NCBI RefSeq assembly: GCF_006345805.1
Contig: NC_043015.1
Location: 39,866,001 to 39,930,000, forward strand
Length of the DNA stretch: 64,000 bases
Direction: 5' to 3'
DNA from: Octopus sinensis
Taxonomy: Eukaryota
The translations under genes were made by a program, and so were the position numbers. This document shows positions 13,215 to 24,743 of the stretch, piece by piece (the stretch's first letter is position 1; the number at the start of each line of letters is the position of its first letter). Under the pieces are notes generated by a model. It was given only the letters and a program-made list of their open reading frames with translations, was not told the origin of the DNA and made no database searches.

Positions 13215-15129
13215 ATCTATGTGTATCTATGTGTATGTGCTTTTGTGTCTTTATTTTTCCCACCTACCATCGCTTGACAACCAATGTTGGTGTGTTTATG
13301 TCCCTGTAACTTAGCAGTTTGGCAAAAGGGATTGATAGAATACAGACTAGATTTACAAAGAATAAGCCCTGGGGTCGATTTCTTCGACATAAAACCCTTT
13401 AAGATGGTTCTCCAGCATGGCTGCAGTCAAATGACTGAAACATGTAAAAGAATTAAAGAATAAAAAGAATTAAAGAATGAAAGAATTAAAGAACGAAAGA
13501 ATAAAAGAATGAAAGAATAAAAGAATGAAAGAATTAAATAATGAAAGAATTAAAGAAAAGAATTAAAGAATGAAAGAATTAAAAAATGAAAGAATTAAAG
13601 AATAAAAGAATTAAAGAATAAAAGAATGAAAGAATAAAAGAATGGAAGAAATGTTACATTTAACAGAGCAATCTGAATGCTAAATGGTTAAACAGATGTT
13701 CTCAATATTGGTGTCGGTGCCGTGTGTGTCTGCTGTGAGTGCTGGACAAGGTGTCTGCTACAAATGAAGAGACTGCAAAGAGCTTGCTGTTAAAGCTCCT
13801 CTGTTCTGACTCTGTTCTGTCTGTGTGTCCTCCCGCAGGTGCATGCTGGTCCGTTAGCCTATGCTGAAGCGTTCCTCAGTAAAGACAAAGTCAACAAGTA
13901 TCCAGTTGGTAAAGTGGCAGCACTCAAAGATGTCTTTAAGTAAGTCAGCATCATCATCATCATCATCTTCTTCTTCTCCTCCTCCTCCTCTTTCTCTTCT
14001 TCTCCTCCTCCTCCTTTTCCTCCTTCTTTTTCTCCTTCTTCTTCCTCTTCTTCTTTCTCTTCTTCTCCTCCTCCTCCTTCTCTTTCTATTCTTCTCCTCC
14101 TCTTTCTTTTTCTTTTCTTCTTCCTCCTCCTCCTCCTCTTCTTCTTATTCTCCTTTTTCTCCTTTTTCTCCTTTTTCTTCTCTTTCTCCTCCTCCTCTTC
14201 TTCTTTTTCTTCGTCTTTTTCTTCTCTTCGTCTTCTTTTCCTTCTCTTTCTCCTCCTCCTCTTCTTTTCTTCTTCTTCTTCTCCTCTTTCTCCTTCTCCT
14301 CCTCCTTCACCTCCTCCTCCTCCTTCACCTTCACCACACTTGTTGGCATCTCCCTTTTAATCTTTTGTCTCTGGCAAACCACCCTCTCTTCTTCTTCCCC
14401 TCCCTCTCAACTATACTCTCTCTCTCTCTCTCTCTGGTTATATCCACTGCATCCACCCACCCACCCACCTTCCACAGTAATCTAACCTCCTCCCCCCTCT
14501 CTCATTTCAGGAACTTTATCCATATCTGCAGTGAAGCGTTGGATTTGAATGCGAAACTCATTGAGACGGAACAAAAAGATTATCACGAATCTTTGAAGGC
14601 TGGTTTTAATGAAATCTACGAGAAACTAGGGGAGATTGTTGGAGATAAAGTAAGTGATACACACACACACACACACACACACTCTTCCTTGTCCTCCATC
14701 TCTCATCCTCTTCCTCTCCTATATCCCTCTTCCTCCTACTCTTTCCTTCTCTCTTTCCTTTCTACTCAATGTTTATACTTGTTTACAAACTTTCACATAT
14801 CCAAAATATGGTGGAGCTGAAAAACTTCGATCACCTCAGATTATCCAAGCAATCAGCAGACAAACACTTTCTCTACAGCTGTTTAAAACAAAGAAAAAAA
14901 AACATTTACACGGGAGGTAACTAATAAGATAAATTGATCAGTTTTTTTTTGTTTCTTTTTTTTCAATATAAATACAATATTGATTGGAGTGGGTTTGGTT
15001 CTTTTAGTGGCACCAACAGACATGTTGCTCTTTATAGATTCTGAATAATTTGGTTTTCTTTATTTCTTTAAGACTTTACCAACATCAAACAACCACTGTT
15101 AATATTGTTGCTTTTATTATTATTATTAC

Positions 15130-15169
<40 letters not shown>

Positions 15170-18100
15170 TGGGTGTTAGATTCTCACAGAATTGTTAGAG
15201 AATTAGAAAAAATGCTTTCTTGTATTTTTTCCAATTCCTTACATTCTGAGTTCAAATCCTAGCAAGGTCGACTTTGCCTTTCATCCTTTCAGGGTTGATA
15301 AAATAAAGTACCAGTCATACACTGGGGGTTGATGCAATCGATTAACCACCTTTCCCTAAAATTGCTGGCCTTTTGCCATAGTTTGAAAAAAAAATTATTA
15401 TAATTATAATTATTATTATTATTATTATAATTATTATAATTATTATTATTATCATTATTATTATTACTGCTCTTGTTGTTGTTGTTGTTATGCTCCCTTG
15501 CTTCCTGTGTCAGGTGCTAAGGTAGGGGAGGTGATGGTTGTGGTGATGTACTTTTAGATTTAATCTGGAATTATCTGGGAATTTCTTTTTGAAGGAAAGA
15601 TGAAACAGGGTGTGTGTGTGTATGTGCATGTGTGCGTATATGCACGCCTGCATGTATGTGAGTGTGTATGTGTGTGTGCATGCATGTATGTGTGCTGAGA
15701 GAGAGAGGTTGAATGATTGAATCCTTCTACAATCACTTCATTAAGTTTTTTCAATATGTTTTCTGATTTGTTTTTCCTGTAAAATATTTCTATTCTACTC
15801 TTGACATCTCTGTACTTACCATACTATTGTATACATACAATACCATTTCTACCACAGTACAAAACATTGCTACTACGACTACTACCACAATACTATTACA
15901 GTACTGAACAGCTCCCAGAAATACTTGTACTCCTCACCACAGTAAACTCCAAACTCCTCATTCTTCTTACTCTCTAACATTACACCACCATTTCTTCATA
16001 TTCTCATTGTATTTCTAGAAAATCTCACAGTTTTAGAATCGGAAACGTTGTGTGTCACCTGTCTTTTCTACGTTACAAAATGTCCAGTTCACCGACTGAG
16101 TGTGTGTTTCTGTGTAACACCGGGTCGTGTTTACAATGCGACCTGTGTAATTTAACGCGTTAATCATGTGTGTGTATATTCAACCGTAATTGATTTGTTT
16201 CATTACATCATTTTTAATGTGTGTAACACATTTTCAGATATTTCTATCTGGTTTAACTGAAACAACCAACTAAGTTTGGTTTCTTCACTGTGAATGGCTG
16301 TCCCCCCTCAGAGGTACTGTATGGTTGTCTTAACTGTTGTTTTTCTAGCTGTCGTTTCTTGATTTGGCAACAGTTGTTTCCATAGCTCTCTACTTATTAC
16401 TCAACTTCTTTCTTCTCTGCTCTGCTCTGCTCTCTGTGTTTTTTCACTCAACATGGTAATGGGTCAATATCAGACAACGAAGCACAACATGGCTGCCTTG
16501 CCTTTTATTCTGGACAACAAGACTGTTTTCCAAATTTTGGTCTAATAGCACCTCTTCCGAATAATACTTTGTTGTACTTTAGAAGAGTCATATTATCAGA
16601 AATGTTTATTCTCGAGATGTCTGTATTTGTTGACAATATCAGTTTTACTTTGTACATTGATATCTCAGAGATGCAGGTGAGGTAGTAACATCAGTGTCCA
16701 GATTGTGAATATAGGATGATGGGACAATGTCCATTTCAATAGTACCATGTGTCTGTTAAAAACTTGGTCGCAACAACCTTATTTTCAACAACCTTATTTT
16801 AAAAATCACAACAATTATGGCAAATAAATAAATATGAATTAATACTCAACGAAATCAAAGTGATAAAATTATTTATATTTTTCCTTTTAAATTTAGAAAA
16901 TTAACGTTTTGAAGTTCTTCTCCTGTGACCATTACTGTGTCACTTGTACAAAACTATATTTAAATCTAAGAAAATAAATTTTGAAGTGAAATCATTAAAT
17001 TCTAAATCATGAGGTGTTGTTCTGCTTGGTGGAGCCACTTGTCTGATATTGGCCTCTCAAATATGATGGAATGGTATTGTTCTGTTCAATATTGTCTGCA
17101 TTTTTTGCTTGCAAAATGATTGGCTGGTGTTGAGTTGACTTCTTTGGATTAGTCACATATTTTTGTTGTTGTTGTTATTATTGTTGTTGTTGATGTATTT
17201 TTATCCCCCTACTCCATCCCCTGTCCACTTTTCTTCCAACTCAAGTTTCACTTGGATGTTCCATCATTAATATTGTGATCCTCCTCGTGTGTATCACCAG
17301 TTCTAATTGTAGGTATTTTATAAGATATATACCGCACACACACACACACACCCCTCACATTCTATCTTAAAAGTAAAGTTAGTATTTAGACAGGTTTATT
17401 ATGAGATAAAGACTCCCTCATCTTACTTATGACTGAACTTCCGGGACCATACTATTCAATGACAGAACTCTTATGACTTAGTCAGTGTGATAAATGACTG
17501 GCTTTGCGTTATGACAACTGTTATGATTGCCTTATTCGACAACCCAAGTTTCATAACAGACTTATACTTCTCTGACTGCCTTATTTGTGTACCTATTATG
17601 ACTGTCCTGTTTAATGTCTCAGATCATAGCTATGATGTGTTGATGCATATTCCTCAATCTCATGCACACACACACACACACACTGCTACTTGGTCAGATA
17701 TGTGGGTGTTATCCACAAATCCTTAATTTCCAGATTTATCATTTTACATAAACTTTCCCTGATGGAATTCTCGGAAATCCGTTCTCTATTTATTGTAGAG
17801 ACTTTGTATAAAATGCAGTGGAATGTCTTGTGTTGTGACTGACATTCAGACCATGGCAGTCCAACTGAAATGGTTGTCTTGCTTGTAAAAGACTGATTTA
17901 ATTAATTTAGATACAACTAATATTAAATAGTTCTCACAATGTCCTCCCCATTTTTTTTTATACGACATATTTGATGGCTATTCTACAGACTTATTAGCAC
18001 CACATTCTTAGCTGACCGTTCTTGGAAAGTCGTTCCCCCATCTCAGATCTAATCGTGATTACAAGACTGTTTTGAAAGATATCGAGTTTTCTTTAGAGTT

Positions 18101-21100
18101 CTTGCTATTCTTCTGCATTTGCCAAACTTTGATTGGACACAAAATTCTCAAAATGCTACAACACATACAAACTCTTTTATAGTTTGAAGAATTTTAAAAT
18201 GGCTTTGCTTGTTGGAGGCATCACAAACTTACTGCATGACTTTGCATTAATTAGTCTTTGTTAATTTGGTTCTTTCTCAGATATTTAATTGCATCAAAGT
18301 TTACGATAACATTGTTCTCCGTAGTCTTCTCTGCACGTTTGTTGTTCGACTTGACCACGTCCCAGGTACCCCCCCTCCACTGGTCTCTATTGTTGCATCA
18401 TTCAATCCGACATAATGTCGTAGTTATACTAACAACCGAAGTAGTTACCTTGGTGTTGTGTTATTGGTAAACTGTTGCATGCTAGTTAACTAACTACGAC
18501 TGATAAAGTGTGATTAATTTGTGACGAACAGTGTGTGTGTGTGTGTGTGAGGAACTGTGGAAGGAAAAGGATTGAATTAATCTTTTATTAATTTGTGTAA
18601 CATTTTAATTCTTTAATTAGACTGTTTTATAATTAAACACAATTTGTTGAGAATGTTAATTAGTTTTCATGAAGGATTTGTAGATAAGGATTACATGATT
18701 TATATGTTGTTTATTAATAATCTAGAATAGGTGGTATTTTGTAGATAATTCTAATTATTAATTATATATTTAACTTGGATATTAATTAGTGAGAATTTGG
18801 ATTACATATTTCTTAGAAATTCTTCAAGAAATTCTTGTCAGTTCTTGAAATGTTCATTATCACTTTATCATTCTCCATTTTCTTTCTCAAAACTTCATTA
18901 TTTCATTAAAACACGATGAGATGGCCAACTCATTACAGTGCTTTGAGCTCAGCACTCATCTTTGCCTTTGGTCAGAGGTTAAAGTACAGACAGAGGATTG
19001 ATGTAACTGTTGGAGAGTTGGATGTGATGTGTTGCTGTATCAGTTCTAAGTCTGAGCTGAAATTCTTCCTCTTGTCACTTGGGCAGTGGAGGAGAGGGAC
19101 CAACAGACAGAATCAGCAATTAAAAAAAAAAAAAACCAGTGGAAACACAGTTTCCTTGTTTCTGCGGAAAATTTGTGACTCGATGATGATAGCATTAACT
19201 TGGATGAGATTTCTCAGAGACACCCATTACTCACCTTAGAATATTTAATATTGGCCCCTTTTTTCTAATAGAAACTACCTCAGGAAACATCATTTCAGAG
19301 AGGTCACTCACGAAAACTCCTTTCAAAGGAATCCTCTTGAAACACAACCAGTCGAGGGAACCTTTGAAGATTCTTCACTTTGCTGTTTCCCGTTTGACGC
19401 AGAGTCCTTAAATCTGTTTGTCTTGGAACCATTATTGTTGAAACCAAGCAGAAGAATTTATTGAGAAATGTCTGAAAACACAACTTATTGGCTGTGGATT
19501 GATTCTACCCACCTCTCACCCCAAACATCAATAGGTAGGGTTAATCAATCCTAATGGTTTAGAGGAGTCTAGGGTGGTGTGTGGGGTTGAGGCTGTCTTA
19601 TATGTTCTGGCTATTGAATGAATCTTTATTTCATGTTACTTCAGTCCATTCAGCTGGCAAACAGGAGTGTTACCTGTAATATAAAGGGAGCCAGCCTTGT
19701 CACATTCTGTGTCACTCTGAATCTCCTTGAAGAACTACGTTAAGGGTGCACGTATCTGTGGGGTGCTCAGCCTCTTGCACGTTCATTTCATGAGTTGGCT
19801 GTTCCATTGACTGAATCAGCTGAAACCATTGTCTTTGTAACGAACGGAGGGCCAAGCCATTGTCTATGTGTCAGAATATTTAAAAAATGCTAGATTATGT
19901 TTGATGTGGAATAAAGAAGTGTGGCTTGCTGTTGAACATGTACCAGTGAAAACTGAGGTGCTTACATGTGGCACTGAAAACCAAATCAAGGCTCTCTACT
20001 CTATAGTCAAAATATATATATATTTGAATGTTGACCTTTTGATCATTGCCCAATGATCTTCAGGCTCCAGTCTGATCTGGCAGAGTTTCTACAGCTAGAT
20101 GCCCTTCCTAATGCCAACCACTCCATGAGCGTAGTGGGTGCTTTTTACATGCCAGTCACGCGGTACTGGCAATGACAAACCATTCAGCCGTGTCTCGGGA
20201 ACCATCATGTTTGGTAGAATCACAGGTGCCTGTGAGGAGGAACATGTCTCAGCAGAGGGCTTATCGTGATGATGGTAACATCACATGCTCATAACTGACC
20301 GTCGTGGGCAGAACTTGTCGGGAGAATCACCTGATGAGACAAGGGAAAGCAAGGGGTTGATGCGATGGTGGGTGGGGAGTCAAAGAATGTATCCATGGTA
20401 ATGTAGCAAGACGGGTTTAATAAATCTATTAATGTTTTATGGTGTTGTTGTTGATGTTGTTCTAAATGTTATTTGTGTCTGAGACAATGGGAGTTGCCTC
20501 ACTTTTAGCAGGCAGCTACCCTCTTCAGCAGATGAAGCCAGGTTGAAAGATAGTCTTTTTCTAGTCCTAGAGACAAGTTAATCATACCTTCATATTTCAG
20601 GTTTTCATCAGCATCATCATAGTCATCATAATCATCATCATCAAACAATATTCTCCTCCTCATCATCATCTTCCTCTTCCTCCTCCTCCTCCTCATCATC
20701 ATCATCAACATTGCAATCAAATATTTTCCTCTTCCTCTTCCTCATTTAACTTTGCAATCAAATATTTTCCTCTTCCTCCTCCTCCTCATCATCCTCTCCT
20801 TGTTTTCTAGCATCTGATATGACTACATCTCCTGCTCACCCTCACCAGTTGCACCCTCTGTCCAGCTACGGATTCTTGGTCCAAATCTACCCTTATTTCT
20901 CACCCCAAACTAACTCCCTTGAACTAACATCAATTGGACTTGAAGATCCAAGAAAAGGGATCAGCCCTCAATCAAATATCTCTAAACGACTGTTACCCCA
21001 CCACCTCATCACTAAAGGACTACTCCCCCTCTTTCCTTTGAAACACACCCTACTCTATTGTCTTCCCCCCTCACCTCCTATATAGAGGACTCTGCTGTTT

Positions 21101-24100
21101 CTCTCCCCCACCGCCTCTCTTGTGTAGAAAACTTTACTTTGCAAATTCTCGTCTTGTGGGATTCATGCCAGTTTCCAGGCCATGTTGCTCCCTGTTCATA
21201 TCTTTGAATGTCTGGGGTTATTCCATCCACCTTGATCTCACCAAAAGTCACACCTGTCCTAATTAATCTACATTATTCGTTAATCTTCAAGAGTCATTTG
21301 GGTGCGTGAAGTGTTGTTCTTTTGATTGCAGAGGAGTTGGGGGGGTCTTCAAATGAACCACTGCCACCACCACCACCACTACTACTACTACTACCTTGTG
21401 AGTAATGGCTGAGGTGGTGGTGTGCGAGGAGTGGATGTAGCAGTGGTGGTGGTAGTGTTTCTCTGGATGGCTGGCACAGAAGCCAGAATCTTCCAAGAAT
21501 TGTCCTTGCTCTGGAATATGGATGACTGAGTGTGTTGGTTGTGGTGGGCGAGGGACTGGAGAGGATACATTGGGAAGGGGGAGTTATGGAGAAGGAGGAT
21601 TGCATTACAGTGTTTGATGATGATGATGATGGTGGTGGTGATTGGTTGGTTAGTGAGGGGTAAAAGGAGTGGGTGAGTTTGTGGGGAAACAATCTCTTCT
21701 GAAAATAACACCAGCCGATGATGAGCTTGGATGTTGAGGCCAGTGCGAGTGATGGGAGGTGATAGCTTGAGTGAAAGAATGGTCCAAGATGAACTTGACC
21801 ACTGAGAAAATGGTTAATGGCAATCCAAAGAAATGTGTGAAATGTTTTGCAAATATTTCCATTTTATATGAAATATTTAGGTTTGTTTCATTTTTGGATT
21901 TGGTTTACAAGATTCTTTATGTGAGTTCGTGTGTTGAAGCATATTCTGTTGTGTCTGGGGAGAGTCATTCTCTTTTTGTGCCTTATAATGTAACACACTC
22001 ACCGGTAAAATTTCCACTTTTTTCTTATTTTGCAAGACGCAATGAAAATTTTAGGAAAATAAAAATAAGGAAAAAGTGGAAATTTTACCGGTGAGTGTGT
22101 TAAATTATAAGGCACAAAAAGAAAATGACTCTCCCCAGACACAACAGAATTAAGGTTTGTCATAGAAGACAACTCAAGGCTTCCTCACATGAAACAGTTT
22201 TGGCTGGTTGAGTGTCACTCAACACTCAAGTGTAGGACCACAGTATTGGATTTTGAAGTTGACATCTGTCAGTAATTAAAACGGGTCCTCAGAGCCTTTT
22301 ATTTACCTATTTAACTGGATGAGAGAGACCCTATAACATCAGGCTTAGAATCTACCCCCTGCAGAAGTCATCCCTCACAATCTCCAATTCTAGGGTCCGC
22401 TTCCAAAAAAGCATTATTAACAGCCATATCAAATGTTCCTATGATGTTGCTAGTTAGAACACTGTAGCTAGAAGTCATTAGTTATCGGCCTGGGGTTCAC
22501 ACTCACACAACAGACTGTGAGGGTGATGGTGGAGCGATGGGGGGTAATGTCTAGTGTCTTTACTAATCATTACAGGATGGCTGCTGCTACTGCTGCTGTT
22601 GTTGTTATCCCCTGGTGCAGTTGTGTTTTGTGGTTATCTGCCCTTGTTTTATTTTGCATGTTCCTTTGCATGGTCCCAACGCTTGCTTATTGAGCTTCGG
22701 ATTTCCTCTTCAAAGTTTTCTTATATTTTGCCAGGTTCTGCATGATTTACCATTTCCTCAAGTTCTGCATGATTTTACCATTCTTTAATCAATGTGATTT
22801 GTGTCTCAGTTGATTTGTTTTATATACTTTTGTTGTTTTTATATTTGTTTTTTGGTTTCTGACGAATCCTGTAGAATTGTCTCCAGTTCTGTTCCAAGAC
22901 TATCAGACATCTCAAAGATTGAATATTTCTCATAGATTGGTAACACGACACTTTTAAAGCCTCTATTTGGCTTCTTGGCCTGCTAGATGTAGCAGTCTAA
23001 TTTGTATTATATCTCACAAAAGGGAAGGACACATTGATATACTTTTTGAAAAAGTGAGGTGGGATTGTCATGGCTGGAAGGCTTTTGATCAAAGGTCTAT
23101 GGAATCAGGGCTAAGCTGAGGTTGAACAAAAGGTAGGTTTTAAATGGTTGATAACACTCCGACCCCAAAGCCTGTGTTTGAGTTTTACTTCTGTCACTAA
23201 TTACTTTCAGAAAGGCATGACCATCACAACTTTCCATTCCAAGGAATCTGAAATGCCAAACCTCTGTAAGAGTTCTTTCTTTGATTCCTCACAAATATTG
23301 TTGGGTCAATTTACTTGGAATCTGCTTAATTTGACCTTTCCCTTGCCTTGGCTCCTCACCTGATTGATGGGGCCACAAGGAGCACAATCCAGGTATCTTT
23401 AGACCTGGTGGAGCTCATTCCTCTCCAGGTCATGAGGATTTCTTTGAGAAAAGAGAATGACAAACAGAAAGCAAAAGAAAGAGTTAGAACAGACCCCAGT
23501 ACAGCAACGGTGCTTTCTTTATCGACCCCTGAAAGCAAAGTTGACCTTGGCAGGATTTGAACCTTTTATGCTGAGATCAGAAATGCTCACTGTAAAACAA
23601 TCTCTGTTGCCTTGACAACTCTGCCAACTGACTTTCAAGAATTCCTAAGGAGCTCACATCCCCTCCCCTTGCTTCTGTATCTTCTTGTATTGACAGCTCC
23701 TGTCCTTTCTATAATATTCTTGCTGTGAACAACTACACCAAAGGGGCCACAAGTACCTCCACCTGCAGAGTGTGGTGTCAGAAACGGCTCATCCCAAATG
23801 TTCTTCTTGAGTAAGAACATTCCTGTCTGCTTCTAATGGTTAATTAAGCCGTTTGTTAATTGGAACAATTGCTTGACATCTCGTCAACCATGTCACATTC
23901 TCACAGCTGATCAGTTTTTAATTAAACCAAATTGCCACATACAGTATTTAATGATTTAAATTATAATATTAGCAATTTATCTTATAAACCAATAACTCGT
24001 TATATCGTTAGTCTGCGTTGTTGCTCCGCAGAGGCTGGGGGTGGGGTGGGGAGTGCAGTATATTGTTTTTATAGTTTGATGTTCTGTCATAAACCCCAGA

Positions 24101-24743
24101 GAAACGAGGTAAGAATGGAACTTGTTGGTAGACACGGTTCCTGGTCTTTGCCAAGAGAACCATAATACAGCAACAGCTATGCAAAGGTTTGAACTTCTGA
24201 CCACGTGATTGGCAGGGCAGCACCTTATTCCAGTCATGGTTATGTAAATACTTTACATTGTAGATTATTTCCCCACAGGTGAGAGCAATCAACAGGTTTT
24301 GTATTGATAACAAGGGCGGCGAGCTGGCAGAATTGCTAGCACGCCGGACGAAATGCTTAGCAGTATTTCGTCTGTCTTTACGTTCTGAGTTCAAATTCTG
24401 CTGAGGTCGACTTTGCCTTTCATCCTTTCGGGATTGATTAAATAAGTACCAGTTACGCACTGGGGTCGATCTAATCGAATTAATACGTAAGTCTGGCCTT
24501 GTTTGTCCCCTCTATGTTTAGCCCCCTTGTGGGTAATAAAGAAATATGTATTGATAACAAAATTATTGTAAATGTTTGTATGTATACCTTGTTACCATGG
24601 CAACAGTTATTCATGTTTTTGGTCTCTCGTTCTCTCCGTAGCATTTCCTCTCCGGCCGATACAGCATTGGCAGCCTACCGGGCCGACATTCGGCATCCAT
24701 CATTAGTCTTCTCAATTCCACATCTGGAGCGAGTACCGTATGA
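6762..24743 (+). CDS. DOCK9: Dedicator of cytokinesis 9/10/11-like (Zizimin, DOCK-D) GEF, 3' part; join(6762..6871,7684..7806,8325..8438,10410..10556,10925..11135,12477..12667,13839..13939,14511..14649,24642..24743), 5' partial
   Basis: All introns are GT-AG with matching phases. The spliced product has DHR-2 hallmarks [75 protein letters not shown] and [17 protein letters not shown]. Co-orthologous to vertebrate DOCK9/10/11 (recognised from memory, no search run). Confidence 0.95.
6985..7390 (-). mobile_element. SINE family B, full length (bipartite with central TA/TG microsatellite)
   Basis: Reverse complement of the 12003 copy. Confidence 0.88.
7684..7806 (+). CDS. DOCK9: DOCK-D exon ([41 protein letters not shown])
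   Basis: ttcctgcag|agt acceptor, gag|gtaagc donor, phase 0/0. Confidence 0.95.
7812..8090. repeat. (CAT/CAC)n microsatellite directly after a donor
   Basis: Directly visible. Confidence 0.95.
8325..8438 (+). CDS. DOCK9: DOCK-D exon ([38 protein letters not shown])
   Basis: cttttacag|aga acceptor, cag|gtaaga donor, phase 0/0. Confidence 0.95.
8812..9043 (+). mobile_element. SINE family A
   Basis: Near-identical to the other copies. Confidence 0.88.
9697..9922 (-). mobile_element. SINE family A, reverse orientation
   Basis: Reverse complement of the family consensus. Confidence 0.85.
9925..10095 (-). mobile_element. Family C repeat (RTE 3'UTR-type retroposon)
   Basis: Reverse complement of gtaaaaagcacc...ggaagggcatccagctgtag...ccaacccatgccagcatg. 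Confidence 0.75.
10410..10556 (+). CDS. DOCK9: DOCK-D exon ([28 protein letters not shown]...VKLIMDSKK)
   Basis: ttttag|gct acceptor, aag|gttagt donor; EYIYKEPK motif. Confidence 0.95.
10925..11135 (+). CDS. DOCK9: DOCK-D exon ([22 protein letters not shown]...FMFETPFT...RTILT)
   Basis: tttcag|gtg acceptor, cca|gtaagt donor, phase 0/1. Confidence 0.95.
11225..11460 (-). mobile_element. tRNA-derived SINE (third family)
   Basis: Minus strand has A box tggtccagtgg and B box ggtttcgattcc followed by a non-tRNA body. Confidence 0.7.
12003..12420 (+). mobile_element. SINE family B, full length
   Basis: tRNA-like head, central microsatellite and gtaaaaga tail; shared with several copies in the window. 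Confidence 0.88.
12477..12667 (+). CDS. DOCK9: DOCK-D exon ([12 protein letters not shown]...[14 protein letters not shown])
   Basis: ctctccag|cc acceptor, cag|gtacgg donor, phase 1/0. Confidence 0.95.
12723..13687. mobile_element. piggyBac-type MITE (TTAA TSD) hosting a SINE B; a sister copy lies at about 52513-52708
   Basis: ttaa|ccctttagcattca ... tgaatgctaaatgg|ttaa. Confidence 0.75.
12862..13650 (+). mobile_element. SINE family B with expanded (aaagaatN)n tail, nested in a TTAA MITE
   Basis: Both halves present; about 200 bp of tandem 8-mer tail at 13445-13650. Confidence 0.85.
13839..13939 (+). CDS. DOCK9: DOCK-D exon ([34 protein letters not shown])
   Basis: cccgcag|gtg acceptor, taa|gtaagt donor, phase 0/2. 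The frame differs from the ORF-track entry at 13861. Confidence 0.93.
13950..14340. repeat. Polypyrimidine (CCT/CTT)n tract
   Basis: About 390 bp almost entirely C/T. Confidence 0.95.
14511..14649 (+). CDS. DOCK9: DOCK-D exon ([32 protein letters not shown]...GDK)
   Basis: catttcag|g acceptor, aaa|gtaagt donor, phase 2/0; end of DHR-2 lobe C. Confidence 0.93.
15175..15385 (+). mobile_element. SINE family A-related, diverged
   Basis: Shares the core ctgagttcaaat...ttgcctttcatccttt...gtaccag. Confidence 0.75.
20055..20175 (-). mobile_element. Family C repeat, partial
   Basis: Similarity to other copies in the window. Confidence 0.75.
21943..22150. repeat. Near-perfect inverted repeat (about 88-bp arms)
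   Basis: attctgttgtgtctggggagagtcatt... is mirrored by ...aatgactctccccagacacaacagaat. Confidence 0.9.
24314..24546 (+). mobile_element. SINE family A with 14-bp TSD
   Basis: TSD tgtattgataacaa at 24300-24313 and 24547-24560. Confidence 0.9.
24642..24743 (+). CDS. DOCK9: Probable DOCK-D terminal coding exon ([33 protein letters not shown])
   Basis: Strong pyrimidine tract tctctcgttctctccgtag|, a GC/CpG-rich island in AT-rich context, and phase 0. Ser-rich tail with a class I PDZ-type end, like DOCK9 C-termini. The junction to 14649 is inferred. Confidence 0.75.
   Translation, partial: HFLSGRYSIGSLPGRHSASIISLLNSTSGASTV

Noticed and set aside
13861-14820. 319-aa ORF
   Set aside because: It is a chimera of an off-frame exon piece, the intronic C/T tract and the real exon 14511-14649.
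18916-19239. 107-aa ATG-initiated ORF
   Set aside because: No domain similarity I can recognise, it contains a poly-A-derived Lys run, and its length is near chance expectation.
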